Source of the DNA: Candidatus Kapaibacterium sp.
GTDB taxonomy: Bacteria > Bacteroidota > Ignavibacteria > Kapaibacteriales > UBA2268
Assembly (NCBI GenBank): GCA_963665665.1
Contig: OY762428.1
Location: forward strand, 3,392,001-3,456,000
Direction of reading: 5' to 3'
DNA: 64,000 bases
The number at the start of each line of letters is the position of its first letter. Position 1 is the stretch's first letter. The notes beneath the pieces are model-generated. The model had not been told where the DNA came from. It was given only the letters and a program-made list of their open reading frames with translations, and did no database searches. The position numbers were made by a program, and so were the translations under genes. This document shows positions 10,374 to 20,842 of the stretch, in pieces.

Positions 10374-11417
10374 ATGGACCCCGTACCTTTATCAATTTTA
10401 GTCTCATCCGGATCGGTGTGTGCATTCCTTTCCGGCCTTGTCACAGGATACTCAACAAGTGAACCTAAAGACGACCACCCCGAAGAAAACGAACCCCATT
10501 TACGCTTATTATCTTTAAAAGAAAGATTTGACGAACTTCCAGGTGCTTTTTTTGCATTGGAAATGCTTTTCTATACATTTGCTGCTATCTGGCTCGGCCT
10601 GTCTCTTAACAAAGATTCCGATATTATCAGCATAGCAATTGCCGGAATTATTTTAATTTTGATTGCCTTGGTATTAAGAACTGTATTTTTTTCTATTGCA
10701 AAAAAATTCTCTACTGTGATAGCTCCATCTTTATCAGCAATATTAATTGCCTTCTATTATATAGTAAACCCCTTATCATCCCTGCTTCAATTTATTGCCA
10801 GAAAAATAACAGGCAAGGAAGCAGCTGAAATCTCGCGAGAAGAAATCAACGCCATGATAGATAACTCACGTGAGGACGGAGCACTCGATGCAGGTGAGTA
10901 CAGAATATTGAAAAATATGATGCTTTTCAGCAGCATTCTGGTATCGGACGTTATGACGCCACGTACTGTTATATTCAGTTGTAAAGCTGATAACACTGTT
11001 GATGACATAATAAACCTTCCTGAACTGCGGATGTACTCCAGGTTCCCCATCTGGGAAGGAGATTCACTTGATAACGGAGTTATCGGCTATGTTATGACCA
11101 AGGACGTTATGAATGCAGCATTAGAAGGCAACGGGAATAAAAAACTCAGAGATTTCCTCCGCGAGGCATACTATATTCCTGAAAATGCTGAATTAGACAA
11201 TGCACTTGACCGATTTCTGCAAAGACGGCAGCATCTTTTCGTGGTTGTTGACGAATACGGCGGCGTTGAAGGCCTTTTAACAATGGAAGACGTACTTGAA
11301 ACCATTCTCGGTGTTGAAATTGTTGACGAAGCCGACCGAGTTGTTGACCTGAGAGCTTTTGCCAAACAGGCAAGAGACAAGCGTATTGAATCAGCAATAA
11401 AATATCATGGCGGATAA
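10374..11417 (+). CDS. CNNM/DUF21-CBS domain membrane protein (CorB/TlyC-like)
   Basis: N-terminal TM helices; VSDVMTPR, YSRFPIW, VVVDEYGGVEGLLTMEDVLE. Confidence 0.9.
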   Translation: MDPVPLSILVSSGSVCAFLSGLVTGYSTSEPKDDHPEENEPHLRLLSLKERFDELPGAFFALEMLFYTFAAIWLGLSLNKDSDIISIAIAGIILILIALVLRTVFFSIAKKFSTVIAPSLSAILIAFYYIVNPLSSLLQFIARKITGKEAAEISREEINAMIDNSREDGALDAGEYRILKNMMLFSSILVSDVMTPRTVIFSCKADNTVDDIINLPELRMYSRFPIWEGDSLDNGVIGYVMTKDVMNAALEGNGNKKLRDFLREAYYIPENAELDNALDRFLQRRQHLFVVVDEYGGVEGLLTMEDVLETILGVEIVDEADRVVDLRAFAKQARDKRIESAIKYHGG

Positions 11418-11468
11418 AAAATATTTGTTTTTTTAGAAAAATACAGCTATATTGCATATCTGTATTTA

Positions 11469-11543
11469 CGGGGTGTAGCACAGCCCGGTTAGCGCGCCTG
11501 CTTTGGGAGCAGGAGGTCGGAGGTTCGAATCCTCTCACCCCGA
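11469..11543 (+). tRNA. tRNA-Pro(TGG)
   Basis: Acceptor CGGGGTG/CACCCCG, anticodon arm CCTGC-TTTGGGA-GCAGG, T-loop GGTTCGAATCC; CCA not encoded. Confidence 0.97.
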
Positions 11544-11544
11544 C

Positions 11545-11571
11545 AAAGCCTTGAGAAATCAAGGCTTTTTT
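11545..11571 (+). terminator. intrinsic terminator after tRNA-Pro
   Basis: aaagccttga-gaaa-tcaaggcttt followed by T run. Confidence 0.75.
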
Positions 11572-11636
11572 CGTTTTAGCTTAGCAAATAAAAAAGGCCG
11601 GAATTAACCGGCCCGGATATTAGAGGAGAGAAGTGC

Positions 11637-14054
11637 TTATTCTGTTCCAATATATACTATTGTTTCATGGGAAATTTTTGCCCCGCAAATTAATCTGATA
11701 TAATAAACACCCGAGGATACTGAGAGCGAATTATCATCGGTTCCTGACCATTTAATTACATTCCTGCCGTAATTAAATCCGCTGCCGAACTGCCTGATTA
11801 TTTGTCCGCTGGAATTGAAAATTGTCAGGGATGTACTATTCGGATCGTCAGTTTCAAATTCAATATTACTGTTATCCGAAAACGGATTTGGATAAATACT
11901 TAGGTTTTCTGAATTAATATAATCATTTACCGAAGATGTATTGTCGTTATACTCTCCGGGGCTTGCCTGCATAAAAGCAAAATCACCGCTGCCATTTGGA
12001 TACCTGCCGAGTGATACATCTGTCTCCTGGCTATCAAAATTCAAAGAGTCAAGTATGGCATTCCCGTTCTCATCCGTATCAACAAGCATAAGCAACTCCC
12101 CACTGGCCGAGAGTTTGAAATTCGCATGTAGCCCCGGGCTGTCCTTTCCGTCCTCGTCAGCCCAGACAATAAGATATTCACCGGCCCCTATCACGGTATT
12201 CTCAGGGAACTGCCATTTCGGAAGATTATCAGTTTTGTCACTAAGATACAACCCGCTAAGGTCAATATCTTCATTACCCGTATTAAATAATTCTATCCAA
12301 TCATCATATTCGCCCTGGGGGTCGGCTATAGTATTATCATTCGATGCCATTACTTCGTTTATTACAACAGGAAATCCCTCTGTTATATTTGCTTTTACCT
12401 GGTAGATAAATACATCGTGCTCGGCACCCTCCGGATAAAAGGAGCTTGTATTAGAAATATTATCTGCTCTTGCTTCAATATAATACCTGACATAAGTTCC
12501 GGCCGTAAATCCGGGAATATCCGCACCAAAAATACCGTCGCCGGAATCTCCATCGCCGTGATTACCATCGTCATACATTTCTGTCCTTTCAAAAGCACCT
12601 TCAAATCCTGTTGAAAAATACAGCATAACTTTCGATATCCCATTAATGGAATTAATATCAACTGTAATAGTTGCTTCTTCCATTGCACCGGGAACTTCAC
12701 CACTTTCCGAAATTAATTTTAACCCGGAGATTTCAGGGGCATCCACATTCAGGGCAGGCAAATTAAGCAGATAGGCCCTTCTGTTTTTCACGAAAGTTTT
12801 TAGTTCCTCGACGGTACTATAAAATTCATTGTCCGAATAAAGTTTCTTATCATCCTCAATTACGGTTGATTCGATAATGGTTTTATACATATCGATAAAT
12901 TCATTGGTATTATCTTCAGTTAAATCTTTAGACAAAATTGTACGTATATGAGCCAGGTAACGCTGTTTCAATTCCGGATTAGCCAGTAAAATATTTACGA
13001 GCGGAAAATCATCATCATCTGCACGTTTGTATATCGACATATTTGTACTTCTGCTCATAAATGTGGAATTGGCATCAAAATCTATCGGTGTCACTCTGTC
13101 GGTTTCATCATCCCAGTAAACATAATAGTCCATACCACCTTTATTCACATAGCCATCTTCATCAGTATAAATAATCTCGTTAGCAATATGCCAAAGGCTT
13201 CTGTCAACATCAAGATAATATTTTAGTGAATCATACAGCAGGTCAGTATCAAGAGTCCCGAGCATCCTGCAGGCAGTTACGAGCTTCTCCCAGCTTTCAA
13301 TATCGTCGTCGGACTTGATTGTATAATTACTGGTATAAACCATATAATCATCCCCAAGATAATTCAGCGAGCTTGTTCCGGCACCGAAGCGGTTATTCAT
13401 ACCTCCGCCGCCGCCGCCGCTGCCCGGCTGGCGTTGAACAGTGTCAGGAGCTTCCCCGCGCCAGCGTCCGCCTTCGTTGCTTTGAAACCATTCTTCGAAA
13501 AAATCTTTATTAAGCTGCTGAACATTATTATATATTCCCCAATTCTCTCCGTTGATGACAAGTCTTACCCAGTTTACCCTTGCCGTTGGTATATGCTGTC
13601 CGGCCAGCTGTGCGTAAAGCGCTTCGCGCATAAACGAGGCATCTTCATAGCCGTTATTCAGATTCAACGTTTTATACCCCATCAGGCGGGCATCCTCATC
13701 ACTGAAATCGATACTGATATTAAAAGATTTTTTCTCTCCCTGTACTTTCATGTAGGAAGTCTGGCCTCTGAAACGTACACCAACACCATCGATAGTATTG
13801 CCTTCCATAGTTAATCTGGCGGGAATATCCTCACCTGATTCGTAATTCGCAAGCATTTGACTCCAATAATTAGACTGTTCAAACTCAAGATAAATAGTTC
13901 TCAGCTCGTTGATATCATATAATCCTTCAAAATTTCTATATTTCAAAACAAGTTTACCTTCGGAATCAATCTCCATGTTGTCAGGCATATCCTTAGCAAA
14001 AGCAGTTCCTATACAAACCAACCCGATAATCAGTATACTAAAAGCCTTTTTCAT
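11637..14054 (-). CDS. secreted CotH-family kinase with lamin-tail domain and T9SS C-terminal domain
   Basis: Signal peptide from MKKAFS (14054); VGVRFRGQTS..KKSFNI, TLNLNN, PIDFDAN (CotH); VVINEVMASN..DWIELFN (LTD); IYPNPF...SGVYYIRL (T9SS CTD). Confidence 0.87.
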   Translation of the reverse strand: MKKAFSILIIGLVCIGTAFAKDMPDNMEIDSEGKLVLKYRNFEGLYDINELRTIYLEFEQSNYWSQMLANYESGEDIPARLTMEGNTIDGVGVRFRGQTSYMKVQGEKKSFNISIDFSDEDARLMGYKTLNLNNGYEDASFMREALYAQLAGQHIPTARVNWVRLVINGENWGIYNNVQQLNKDFFEEWFQSNEGGRWRGEAPDTVQRQPGSGGGGGGMNNRFGAGTSSLNYLGDDYMVYTSNYTIKSDDDIESWEKLVTACRMLGTLDTDLLYDSLKYYLDVDRSLWHIANEIIYTDEDGYVNKGGMDYYVYWDDETDRVTPIDFDANSTFMSRSTNMSIYKRADDDDFPLVNILLANPELKQRYLAHIRTILSKDLTEDNTNEFIDMYKTIIESTVIEDDKKLYSDNEFYSTVEELKTFVKNRRAYLLNLPALNVDAPEISGLKLISESGEVPGAMEEATITVDINSINGISKVMLYFSTGFEGAFERTEMYDDGNHGDGDSGDGIFGADIPGFTAGTYVRYYIEARADNISNTSSFYPEGAEHDVFIYQVKANITEGFPVVINEVMASNDNTIADPQGEYDDWIELFNTGNEDIDLSGLYLSDKTDNLPKWQFPENTVIGAGEYLIVWADEDGKDSPGLHANFKLSASGELLMLVDTDENGNAILDSLNFDSQETDVSLGRYPNGSGDFAFMQASPGEYNDNTSSVNDYINSENLSIYPNPFSDNSNIEFETDDPNSTSLTIFNSSGQIIRQFGSGFNYGRNVIKWSGTDDNSLSVSSGVYYIRLICGAKISHETIVYIGTE

Positions 14055-14304
14055 TCTAACTCCGCAATAATCATATAAACTATCTGCCATTTTATACACA
14101 GACAAAATAATTGCGTTTGGGTTTAAAAGTTTTTGTAATTATTTTTCGGATTCAGGCATTGCTGAATATTTCTCACTATTCAATTTTGATTGTTTCCAAC
14201 AGGAAATGCCTCTGCTCATTTAAAGAATTGCACAAAGAAAAAAGCCTACGAAAATAGCAATACATTGCAATGTTTGAGAAATCAATAAACAACGGGGATT
14301 TGAT

Positions 14305-14342
14305 AAAAAAAAAGACCTTTCGGAGGTGAAACCGAAAGGCCT
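14305..14342 (-). terminator. intrinsic terminator after nusB
   Basis: agacctttcgg/ccgaaaggcct hairpin with an A run on + (U run on -). Confidence 0.7.
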
Positions 14343-14366
14343 GCCGATAAAATTTATCTGAATTTG

Positions 14367-14951
14367 TTAACTGCCTTTTAGTCCGCGTCCGATCTTTTTG
14401 ATTGAATTGCTTTTCTGAAGATTGACGAGCACGGAATCGAGAATGCCATTGATAAAAATACCACTTTTGTCTGTGGAGTAAAATTTAGCTATTTCGATAA
14501 CTTCATTCACACTTACTTTTGTTGGTATTTCCTCGAAATGGATCAGTTCCGTAAAGGCTATATGCATCAGAACCCGGTCGATCAGGGCTATTCTTTCAAT
14601 TTCCCAGTTTTCAGCAAATTTAATGATCAGGTCGTCATATTCTTTTTCGTTCCTGATAACAAGCTGAATTAGTCTTTCACCGAATTTGATATCTTCCTCT
14701 TTCCAGTTAATCGGGATATCCGCTTCGGATTCAAAAACTTCATCGGGCCTTAGCACCCTGTCGTGATGTTCTTCTTCTTCGTTTATGTTAAACAATCTGA
14801 AAAAAATATGGGAAAAAAGTAAATCGAGTGATGTGCCCGAAATTTTGTACGCGATTAGGGTTTGAAGGACTTTCTCCCTGGCCATTCTCCTGGTCCCCTT
14901 AACCTTTTTGGTTTTGCTCAGGGGAAAGTTTTCTGTAAAATCGGTTATCAT
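14367..14951 (-). CDS. nusB: transcription antitermination factor NusB
   Basis: RRMAREKVLQ, NWEIERIALIDR, PTKVSVNEVIEIAKFYS, FINGILD. Confidence 0.95.
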   Translation of the reverse strand: MITDFTENFPLSKTKKVKGTRRMAREKVLQTLIAYKISGTSLDLLFSHIFFRLFNINEEEEHHDRVLRPDEVFESEADIPINWKEEDIKFGERLIQLVIRNEKEYDDLIIKFAENWEIERIALIDRVLMHIAFTELIHFEEIPTKVSVNEVIEIAKFYSTDKSGIFINGILDSVLVNLQKSNSIKKIGRGLKGS

Positions 14952-15183
14952 ACCAAACTCAAACCAATGTAAAAAAATAACTTTTCAATAGCAGTTTAAT
15001 TTCCAATAAGAAAAAACTGAATGCAAAGATAAGAAGAAATTTTAGATAAATAATCAAAGAAAAATCCCTTCCTGCCTGTTAAAAAAAATTACATCATAAT
15101 CAAAATCTTATGGTTCATTTAATATTCTTTTTATTTTTGTCATATCTTCATATATTAGTTGAAAGATTAAAAGGAAATTTTTA

Positions 15184-16332
15184 ATGGCAAAAAGTAAAGT
15201 AAAAAGCAGTGATGTATTTGATCTCGGGGTAAAGGACGAAGTTCTTTGCCTTACTCCGTTGCTGCCTCTTACGTTGAAAAATGCCGCTGAATATGACAAG
15301 TACCTGGACGTTGATAAGATTACTTCAAAGTCTGATAGAATTGTCCTTGATATGGCCCGGGTAAAAATATATGATTCCTTTCTTGTGATTTTTCTTAAAT
15401 CATTAAAAGAATCCTGCAAAGAGAAGAATACAATCCTGGAGGAAAAGGGGATAAGCGATCGAATGGAAAGCTTTATTTCTGCATTAACTCCATCCGTAGA
15501 TAGTCAGGAACCGGAAAGGCCCCGTGCAGGATTTTTTCACCACTGGGTTTCAAATATTGGTATAGCCTTCAAGCTGATTCTGAAAGACACCAAAAGTTTC
15601 ATTGAATTTTTCGGGCTTCTGCTGCTGAAATTTATGAACCTTTTAATCCGGCCATGGGATATGCGCTGGAAAGATTTTCCTTTCCATTTCCTGCGCTCGG
15701 GCGTTAATGCCCTGCCGATAAGTTTTCTGATCGTATTCCTTATCGGAATAATAACCGGATACCAGGGGGCTTTGCAGCTTGCCCAGTTCGGGGCGGATAT
15801 TTATATAGCCGACCTGATCGGCATATCCATTACACGCGAACTGGCTCCTTTGATGACAGCAATTCTTGTTGCAGGGCGTTCCGGGTCGGCATTTGCCGCT
15901 GAAATAGGAACTATGAAAGTATCAGAGGAAATTGACGCGCTTGATTCAATGGGGTTCGACCCGATAAAATTCCTGGTGCTTCCAAGGGTAGCATCAGTGA
16001 TGATAGCAATGCCCATTCTAGTAATTTTCGCTGATATTGCCGGAATAGGCGGCGGGCTTATTGCTGCTCTTGGCACATTGGATATTACCCTTACCGGGTA
16101 TTTAAACGAATTGAACCGGGCATTAAGTTACTGGGATCTTTTTACCGGGCTGGGTAAAAGTGTTGTCTTCGGTTTCTTAATAGCCACAGTAGGCTGCTTT
16201 CGCGGCTTGCAGGTAAAGGGCGGAGCCGAAAGCGTGGGCCGCTTCACAACAGCCTCGGTTGTTAGCGGTGTTCTCCTGATAATTCTTAGCGATGCAGTAT
16301 TTACTTTCATTTTCCAGGTAATAGGTATTTAA
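15184..16332 (+). CDS. mlaE: MlaE-family ABC permease with N-terminal STAS-like domain
   Basis: RELAPLMTAILVAGRSGSAFAAEIGTMKVSEEIDAL. Confidence 0.92.
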   Translation: MAKSKVKSSDVFDLGVKDEVLCLTPLLPLTLKNAAEYDKYLDVDKITSKSDRIVLDMARVKIYDSFLVIFLKSLKESCKEKNTILEEKGISDRMESFISALTPSVDSQEPERPRAGFFHHWVSNIGIAFKLILKDTKSFIEFFGLLLLKFMNLLIRPWDMRWKDFPFHFLRSGVNALPISFLIVFLIGIITGYQGALQLAQFGADIYIADLIGISITRELAPLMTAILVAGRSGSAFAAEIGTMKVSEEIDALDSMGFDPIKFLVLPRVASVMIAMPILVIFADIAGIGGGLIAALGTLDITLTGYLNELNRALSYWDLFTGLGKSVVFGFLIATVGCFRGLQVKGGAESVGRFTTASVVSGVLLIILSDAVFTFIFQVIGI

Positions 16333-17088
16333 GTGCAGCAGGATAACAAAAATATTATCAGTGTAAGAGATCTCTCGGTCAGTTATGACGGAAGGGTAAT
16401 TATCGAAAATATTAATTTCGATATCATGAAAGGTGATATTTTCGTGATAGTTGGCGGTAGTGGCTGTGGGAAAAGCACGTTGCTTCGTCAGCTGATAGGC
16501 CTGGAAAAACCAACTACCGGAAAGATCACCCTGAAAGGCAGTGATTTTACGTCAGCTGTTGGCAGCGAGAGAATGGCTATGCTCCGGAATTTCGGGGTGC
16601 TGTTTCAGTCCGGCGGCCTTTTTGCTTCAATGACACTTGCTGAAAATATTGAACTTGTTCTTGATTCTCATGCACCGCTAAGCGATAAAAGGAAAATGGA
16701 TGTGATCGACCTTAAACTGAGATCTGTCGGCCTTGGCGGATATGAAAATTTCCTTCCATCGGAAATAAGCGGCGGAATGAAGAAAAGAGCCGGTATTGCC
16801 CGTGCTATGGCCCTTGATCCGGAGATCCTGTTTTTCGACGAACCTTCCAGCGGACTTGACCCCGTAACGGCTGCTGCTCTGGACAGGCTTATACTTGACC
16901 TGAACAAAGGTCTGGGAACAACAATGGTAGTTGTTACTCACGACCTGGCAAGCGTGGAAACAATTGCAAAAAATATTATTATGCTTGACAAAAGTGCCAG
17001 GGGAATAATTGCCGCGGGAACGCTTGAAGAACTAAAGAATATGCAGGACAGGGAAAAAGTATATAAATTCTTTAACAGGCTTGCCTGA
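16333..17088 (+). CDS. mlaF: MlaF-family ABC ATP-binding protein
   Basis: [33 protein letters not shown]; follows mlaE. Confidence 0.92.
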   Translation: MQQDNKNIISVRDLSVSYDGRVIIENINFDIMKGDIFVIVGGSGCGKSTLLRQLIGLEKPTTGKITLKGSDFTSAVGSERMAMLRNFGVLFQSGGLFASMTLAENIELVLDSHAPLSDKRKMDVIDLKLRSVGLGGYENFLPSEISGGMKKRAGIARAMALDPEILFFDEPSSGLDPVTAAALDRLILDLNKGLGTTMVVVTHDLASVETIAKNIIMLDKSARGIIAAGTLEELKNMQDREKVYKFFNRLA

Positions 17089-17162
17089 ACAGGGGATTTT
17101 ATTTTGAATCATCTAATCGTTCTTCAATCTTTAATTAATTTAAGAATACATAATATTTTCAC

Positions 17163-17188
17163 GTTACTTTTTTCTATTTCGGGCGTTA
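17163..17188 (+). promoter_or_regulatory. putative autoregulatory ECF promoter (copy 2)
   Basis: GTTACTTTTTTCTATTTCGGGCGTTA, ~40 nt upstream of the sigma ATG; similar to 10206-10231(-). Confidence 0.4.
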
Positions 17189-17225
17189 ATATTGATAAGT
17201 AATTCGGAAAGATTTTGAATGAATT

Positions 17226-17801
17226 ATGCAGAAACTTGAAATAACCAAACTGACAGAGCAAAAGCTTTTTCAGTTTATGAAGGAAAAGGAAAGCAATTAC
17301 GAAGCTGCCTGCAAGGAATTCTACCGCAGGTATGCTATTCGCACGCGTGCCTATATCTTCAAGATTCTGTATAACAAGGATGATACGGACGATATTTTTC
17401 AGGAAGCTTTCCTTAGGTTTTTCAAAACCATGAGGGAAAAAGATGAAATGCAGAATATTCCGGCTTTCCTGCTCAGGATAGCCCGAAATCTTTGCTTAGA
17501 TAATAATAAATCAAGTAAGAGGTTTGTCTCTGTAGAAGATATTGTAATTCCTCAGGAACCTGAAAATTATGAGAAAGATGAAATGATTGCACTGATTGAC
17601 AAGGCTTTGGACCTTCTGGACGAAAGACAGAAAGAATTTTTTGTCCTAAGGGAATACCAGCGCCTTAGTTTCAGAGAAATCGGCGAACTAAAAGGAACAA
17701 ACGAGCAGGCGGCAAAATCAGTGGTTTTCAGGGCGAAGATTAAAATAAGGGAAATTCTTCAGCCTTATATCAAGGAAATAAGCGAATTGAACAGGAGTTG
17801 A
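17226..17801 (+). CDS. ECF RNA polymerase sigma factor
   Basis: DDIFQEAFLRF, NIPAFLLRIARNLC, FVLREYQRLSFREIG; paralog of 9598-10167. Confidence 0.93.
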   Translation: MQKLEITKLTEQKLFQFMKEKESNYEAACKEFYRRYAIRTRAYIFKILYNKDDTDDIFQEAFLRFFKTMREKDEMQNIPAFLLRIARNLCLDNNKSSKRFVSVEDIVIPQEPENYEKDEMIALIDKALDLLDERQKEFFVLREYQRLSFREIGELKGTNEQAAKSVVFRAKIKIREILQPYIKEISELNRS

Positions 17802-19012
17802 TCATGAAATACAGCGAATATATTCTGGAATACCTTGAAGGTATTCTCGACCGTGAAAAAGAAGCCGAACTTTTCGGCGAACTCGCGGTAAACGAGGAAC
17901 TCAGGCAGGAAATGAGCGGTCAGTTGATTGTGGCAAGATCCGTTGATACGGAACTTCACAGTTTGGCGCCGTCGCCTGATGTCGGGAACAATATCTTCGA
18001 AAAAATGGGTTTTGATGCAGGCACCGAATCTAAAGGAACATCCAGGCCATTACCAATAATATTTGGCGGCGGCCAGTTTATTAGAAACCTTCTGTCCGGG
18101 CTGGCAGGCTGTGCAATTACTGCTTTGCTTTTCCTTATGTTTATGCCTTCGGAACGATTCGACTATCCTGATCAGCCTGCTTTTACCCTTAATATCCAGG
18201 CTCCGGCTGAAATCAATTATTCCAAAAGTTCAGCCCTGGAGAATAATGCATCGGATATATCCGGGAGTTCTGCAATTCCCGTAATTGAAAATCATGAAAG
18301 TTACAATCACAATGTATCGGGTTCGATAGCCAAACAGGAACAGAACGTTTCTCCGGTATTGAGCGAAACTTCAGTTTCTGATGAAAATGAGAATAATATT
18401 ATAGATAATATGAACTATTCAATTCAAATTCCTGCAAGAGTTGATAATAGTCAAAATCAAATTCCTTATGTGAATACCGGAATAACACTTTCAGCAACCG
18501 ATCAGGATAAAAGTTATGAAATCGGGCACGGATTTGCTCTCACACACAGAAATATCGTGAGCAGTTCAATTGCCAATGTACCAAAGTCTCTGGCCGGAAA
18601 TAAAACAGATTTCCTCAGCGACCGGGCTTTTGGTGCCGAGATCAGGATAGGTGAGGAACATTATGTCGGAGTTGAGGTCGGACGTGAGAATTTCTTCCTG
18701 GAGTATGAAACCGGAATCGAAACGGGTAAGATAATGCACAGACAGAATCCGGACTTGTTCTGGGGCGGAGTATTCTATAAATTTGTTCCTCTGACTGATA
18801 GTCCGGTAAAACCTTATGTACGGGGATTTGGCGGAGCAACGTCAATAGGGCCGACAGCAAGGCTTGCAGGCGGATTGAATTACCGCCCGTTCGGTTCATT
18901 CCTTAATCTGTTTATTGAGGCTGAAGGCAGTACTGTATTTTATCAGTTTGACGCAAGAAACTATAATTCTTTTAATTACGGTATAAGTTATGGTTTATCA
19001 CTTAGTTTTTAA
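17798..19012 (+). CDS. putative anti-sigma factor with TM helix and C-terminal beta-barrel
   Basis: Overlaps the sigma stop; ILEYLEGIL..EAELFGEL..NEELRQEM; TM; barrel ending GLSLSF; paralog of 8273-9574 (shared RENF motif). Confidence 0.65.
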   Translation: MIMKYSEYILEYLEGILDREKEAELFGELAVNEELRQEMSGQLIVARSVDTELHSLAPSPDVGNNIFEKMGFDAGTESKGTSRPLPIIFGGGQFIRNLLSGLAGCAITALLFLMFMPSERFDYPDQPAFTLNIQAPAEINYSKSSALENNASDISGSSAIPVIENHESYNHNVSGSIAKQEQNVSPVLSETSVSDENENNIIDNMNYSIQIPARVDNSQNQIPYVNTGITLSATDQDKSYEIGHGFALTHRNIVSSSIANVPKSLAGNKTDFLSDRAFGAEIRIGEEHYVGVEVGRENFFLEYETGIETGKIMHRQNPDLFWGGVFYKFVPLTDSPVKPYVRGFGGATSIGPTARLAGGLNYRPFGSFLNLFIEAEGSTVFYQFDARNYNSFNYGISYGLSLSF

Positions 19013-19019
19013 GAATACA

Positions 19020-19625
19020 ATGAAAAATTATCTCTATACTATTTTGGCAATAATATTTTTCGTTTCCTGTTCTTCTCCGATGGATCTGGATACGGAAAGG
19101 GAGGATACATTTGTACCAGGTCCGGACAATACGGTTATACCCAAAGTGGAAGTTTCCTGCGAGGAAATATATATTATCAGCGGCGACGGCGAGGACAGCG
19201 GACAAATTTCTCGAAAAGTAAATCTTGAATACGTTGAGCAGGGAGCTTATGTTGATTTGAAAACCGATCCTGATAAATTTTTCATTAAATCAAAGTGGGT
19301 GAGGGGAGAAACAGCTAATACTCCTGATATTCCCGTGTCAATTATGACTCTGGATTTCAGTTTGTATGGCATTGATCTTGAAAATAACTTTTTCTATATT
19401 TATGAACCGGCAGATTCCGCTAACGGTATAAGCGTGGGTGTTGAGTTCCGGGATGTTTATGATATTCGGCACGGAAGTACTAAGCTCTATGTTGCCGAAT
19501 CAGAAAGCCAGACAACAAATAATTCCTACCTTCTGACGATGGAAATGAAAAATCTATCCTATACGGACAGTTACCAGCGAGATATTGGCTGGCAGATAGT
19601 TGTTAAGATAAAAATCAGCTACTGA
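19020..19625 (+). CDS. lipoprotein, function unknown
   Basis: MKNYLY signal with lipobox FVSC; third gene of the ECF triad. Confidence 0.7.
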   Translation: MKNYLYTILAIIFFVSCSSPMDLDTEREDTFVPGPDNTVIPKVEVSCEEIYIISGDGEDSGQISRKVNLEYVEQGAYVDLKTDPDKFFIKSKWVRGETANTPDIPVSIMTLDFSLYGIDLENNFFYIYEPADSANGISVGVEFRDVYDIRHGSTKLYVAESESQTTNNSYLLTMEMKNLSYTDSYQRDIGWQIVVKIKISY

Positions 19626-19707
19626 TGGCTATCCGAAGCATGATGAAAATGTAAAATCCCCCCAAAAAATTAAAGGAGGGATTTATGATTAACAATTTTA
19701 TTTCATA

Positions 19708-20712
19708 TTATTTATCGTTTTTCATCTCAAACCAAATTACGAAAAACAGGAAAACAAAAACAGCCAGGACAATCAGTATGATAAACCATGGAGAAAATGA
19801 CAGGGATAACGAGGGTTTTGTATCCGGGTTTTCTTTTTCATTTGATTCAATATTGTCGGTAATAAAAAATTTACCGCTTCTATCAAAATCATTTACAATG
19901 GTTGCATAATAATCCGGATTGTCATCCCATGTTTGGGTATGCGTCGGCAAGTCGAGTGGTGTGCTGTCCTTAGCAAAATACACTTTCGCTTCACTATGAT
20001 TAAAACCATCAATAACACTTGATTTACTGTAAATGAATTTTACATTGAATTTTTCATTTGTATTAGTATTAATAATATGCCACTTTGTTCGGGGGCCCTT
20101 TCCGGGACGGATTGGATGGTTTTCCGTTCTTATTCCGAATGTAGTGCCCTTTTTTCCTTCAATCTCAACCGGAACGAACATAGTATCATGCCCGACCGGG
20201 AAGAAGGATCTGCCGGATATTGAAGATTGGACTATCCCGTTTCCATTTGTTTTAATATGATTTTTAAAATCATACATTTCAGGCAAGCCCGGCGGCAAAT
20301 ACAATATCCCTTCGTCCAGATAAATCTTTGATTCATTAGTGATGATAAGTTTTTCAATTATTCTGATATTCGATGGGTTATCAATTGTCAAATCAGTGCT
20401 AACTGATAAAATTCCAATATTGAATACGCCTTGTTCAAATGTTGCGGCTGTATTGATAATTATTTTATCATAGTTGCGTGCAGGTATTGATACCGGGCTG
20501 TTGCCTGAGATATGAAAAATTATTCTTGAGCAAACATCCTGCCCGGGAAGATTATCTATAGCAGACTGAAAATCAGGAAAACTATAATCGTAATTTATAC
20601 TAACCTGATTAGTAATATTCTGGCCAATCAGAATATTACATTCGTTTGAGTAAGTTGATAGACTTCCGAAGAGAGATAAAAAAAATGATAGAAACAAAAT
20701 TCTTGCTTTCAT
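19708..20712 (-). CDS. hypothetical exported protein with C-terminal membrane anchor
   Basis: Signal peptide, beta-rich body, C-terminal hydrophobic helix followed by charged tail. Confidence 0.65.
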   Translation of the reverse strand: MKARILFLSFFLSLFGSLSTYSNECNILIGQNITNQVSINYDYSFPDFQSAIDNLPGQDVCSRIIFHISGNSPVSIPARNYDKIIINTAATFEQGVFNIGILSVSTDLTIDNPSNIRIIEKLIITNESKIYLDEGILYLPPGLPEMYDFKNHIKTNGNGIVQSSISGRSFFPVGHDTMFVPVEIEGKKGTTFGIRTENHPIRPGKGPRTKWHIINTNTNEKFNVKFIYSKSSVIDGFNHSEAKVYFAKDSTPLDLPTHTQTWDDNPDYYATIVNDFDRSGKFFITDNIESNEKENPDTKPSLSLSFSPWFIILIVLAVFVFLFFVIWFEMKNDK

Positions 20713-20842
20713 TTGAGACCTCGAATTAATGAAAATTTGGGTAATATTTTAATTATTATTATCAATCAGATAATTTATTATTAGAAATTTAGATAAATAT
20801 TTTTAAATTGTTAATATTAAACATAATTAAAAATTGTAAGAA

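Noticed and set aside
11469-11640. tRNA-Pro as an island integration site
   Set aside because: No integrase, and I saw no duplicated tRNA 3' end in the window.
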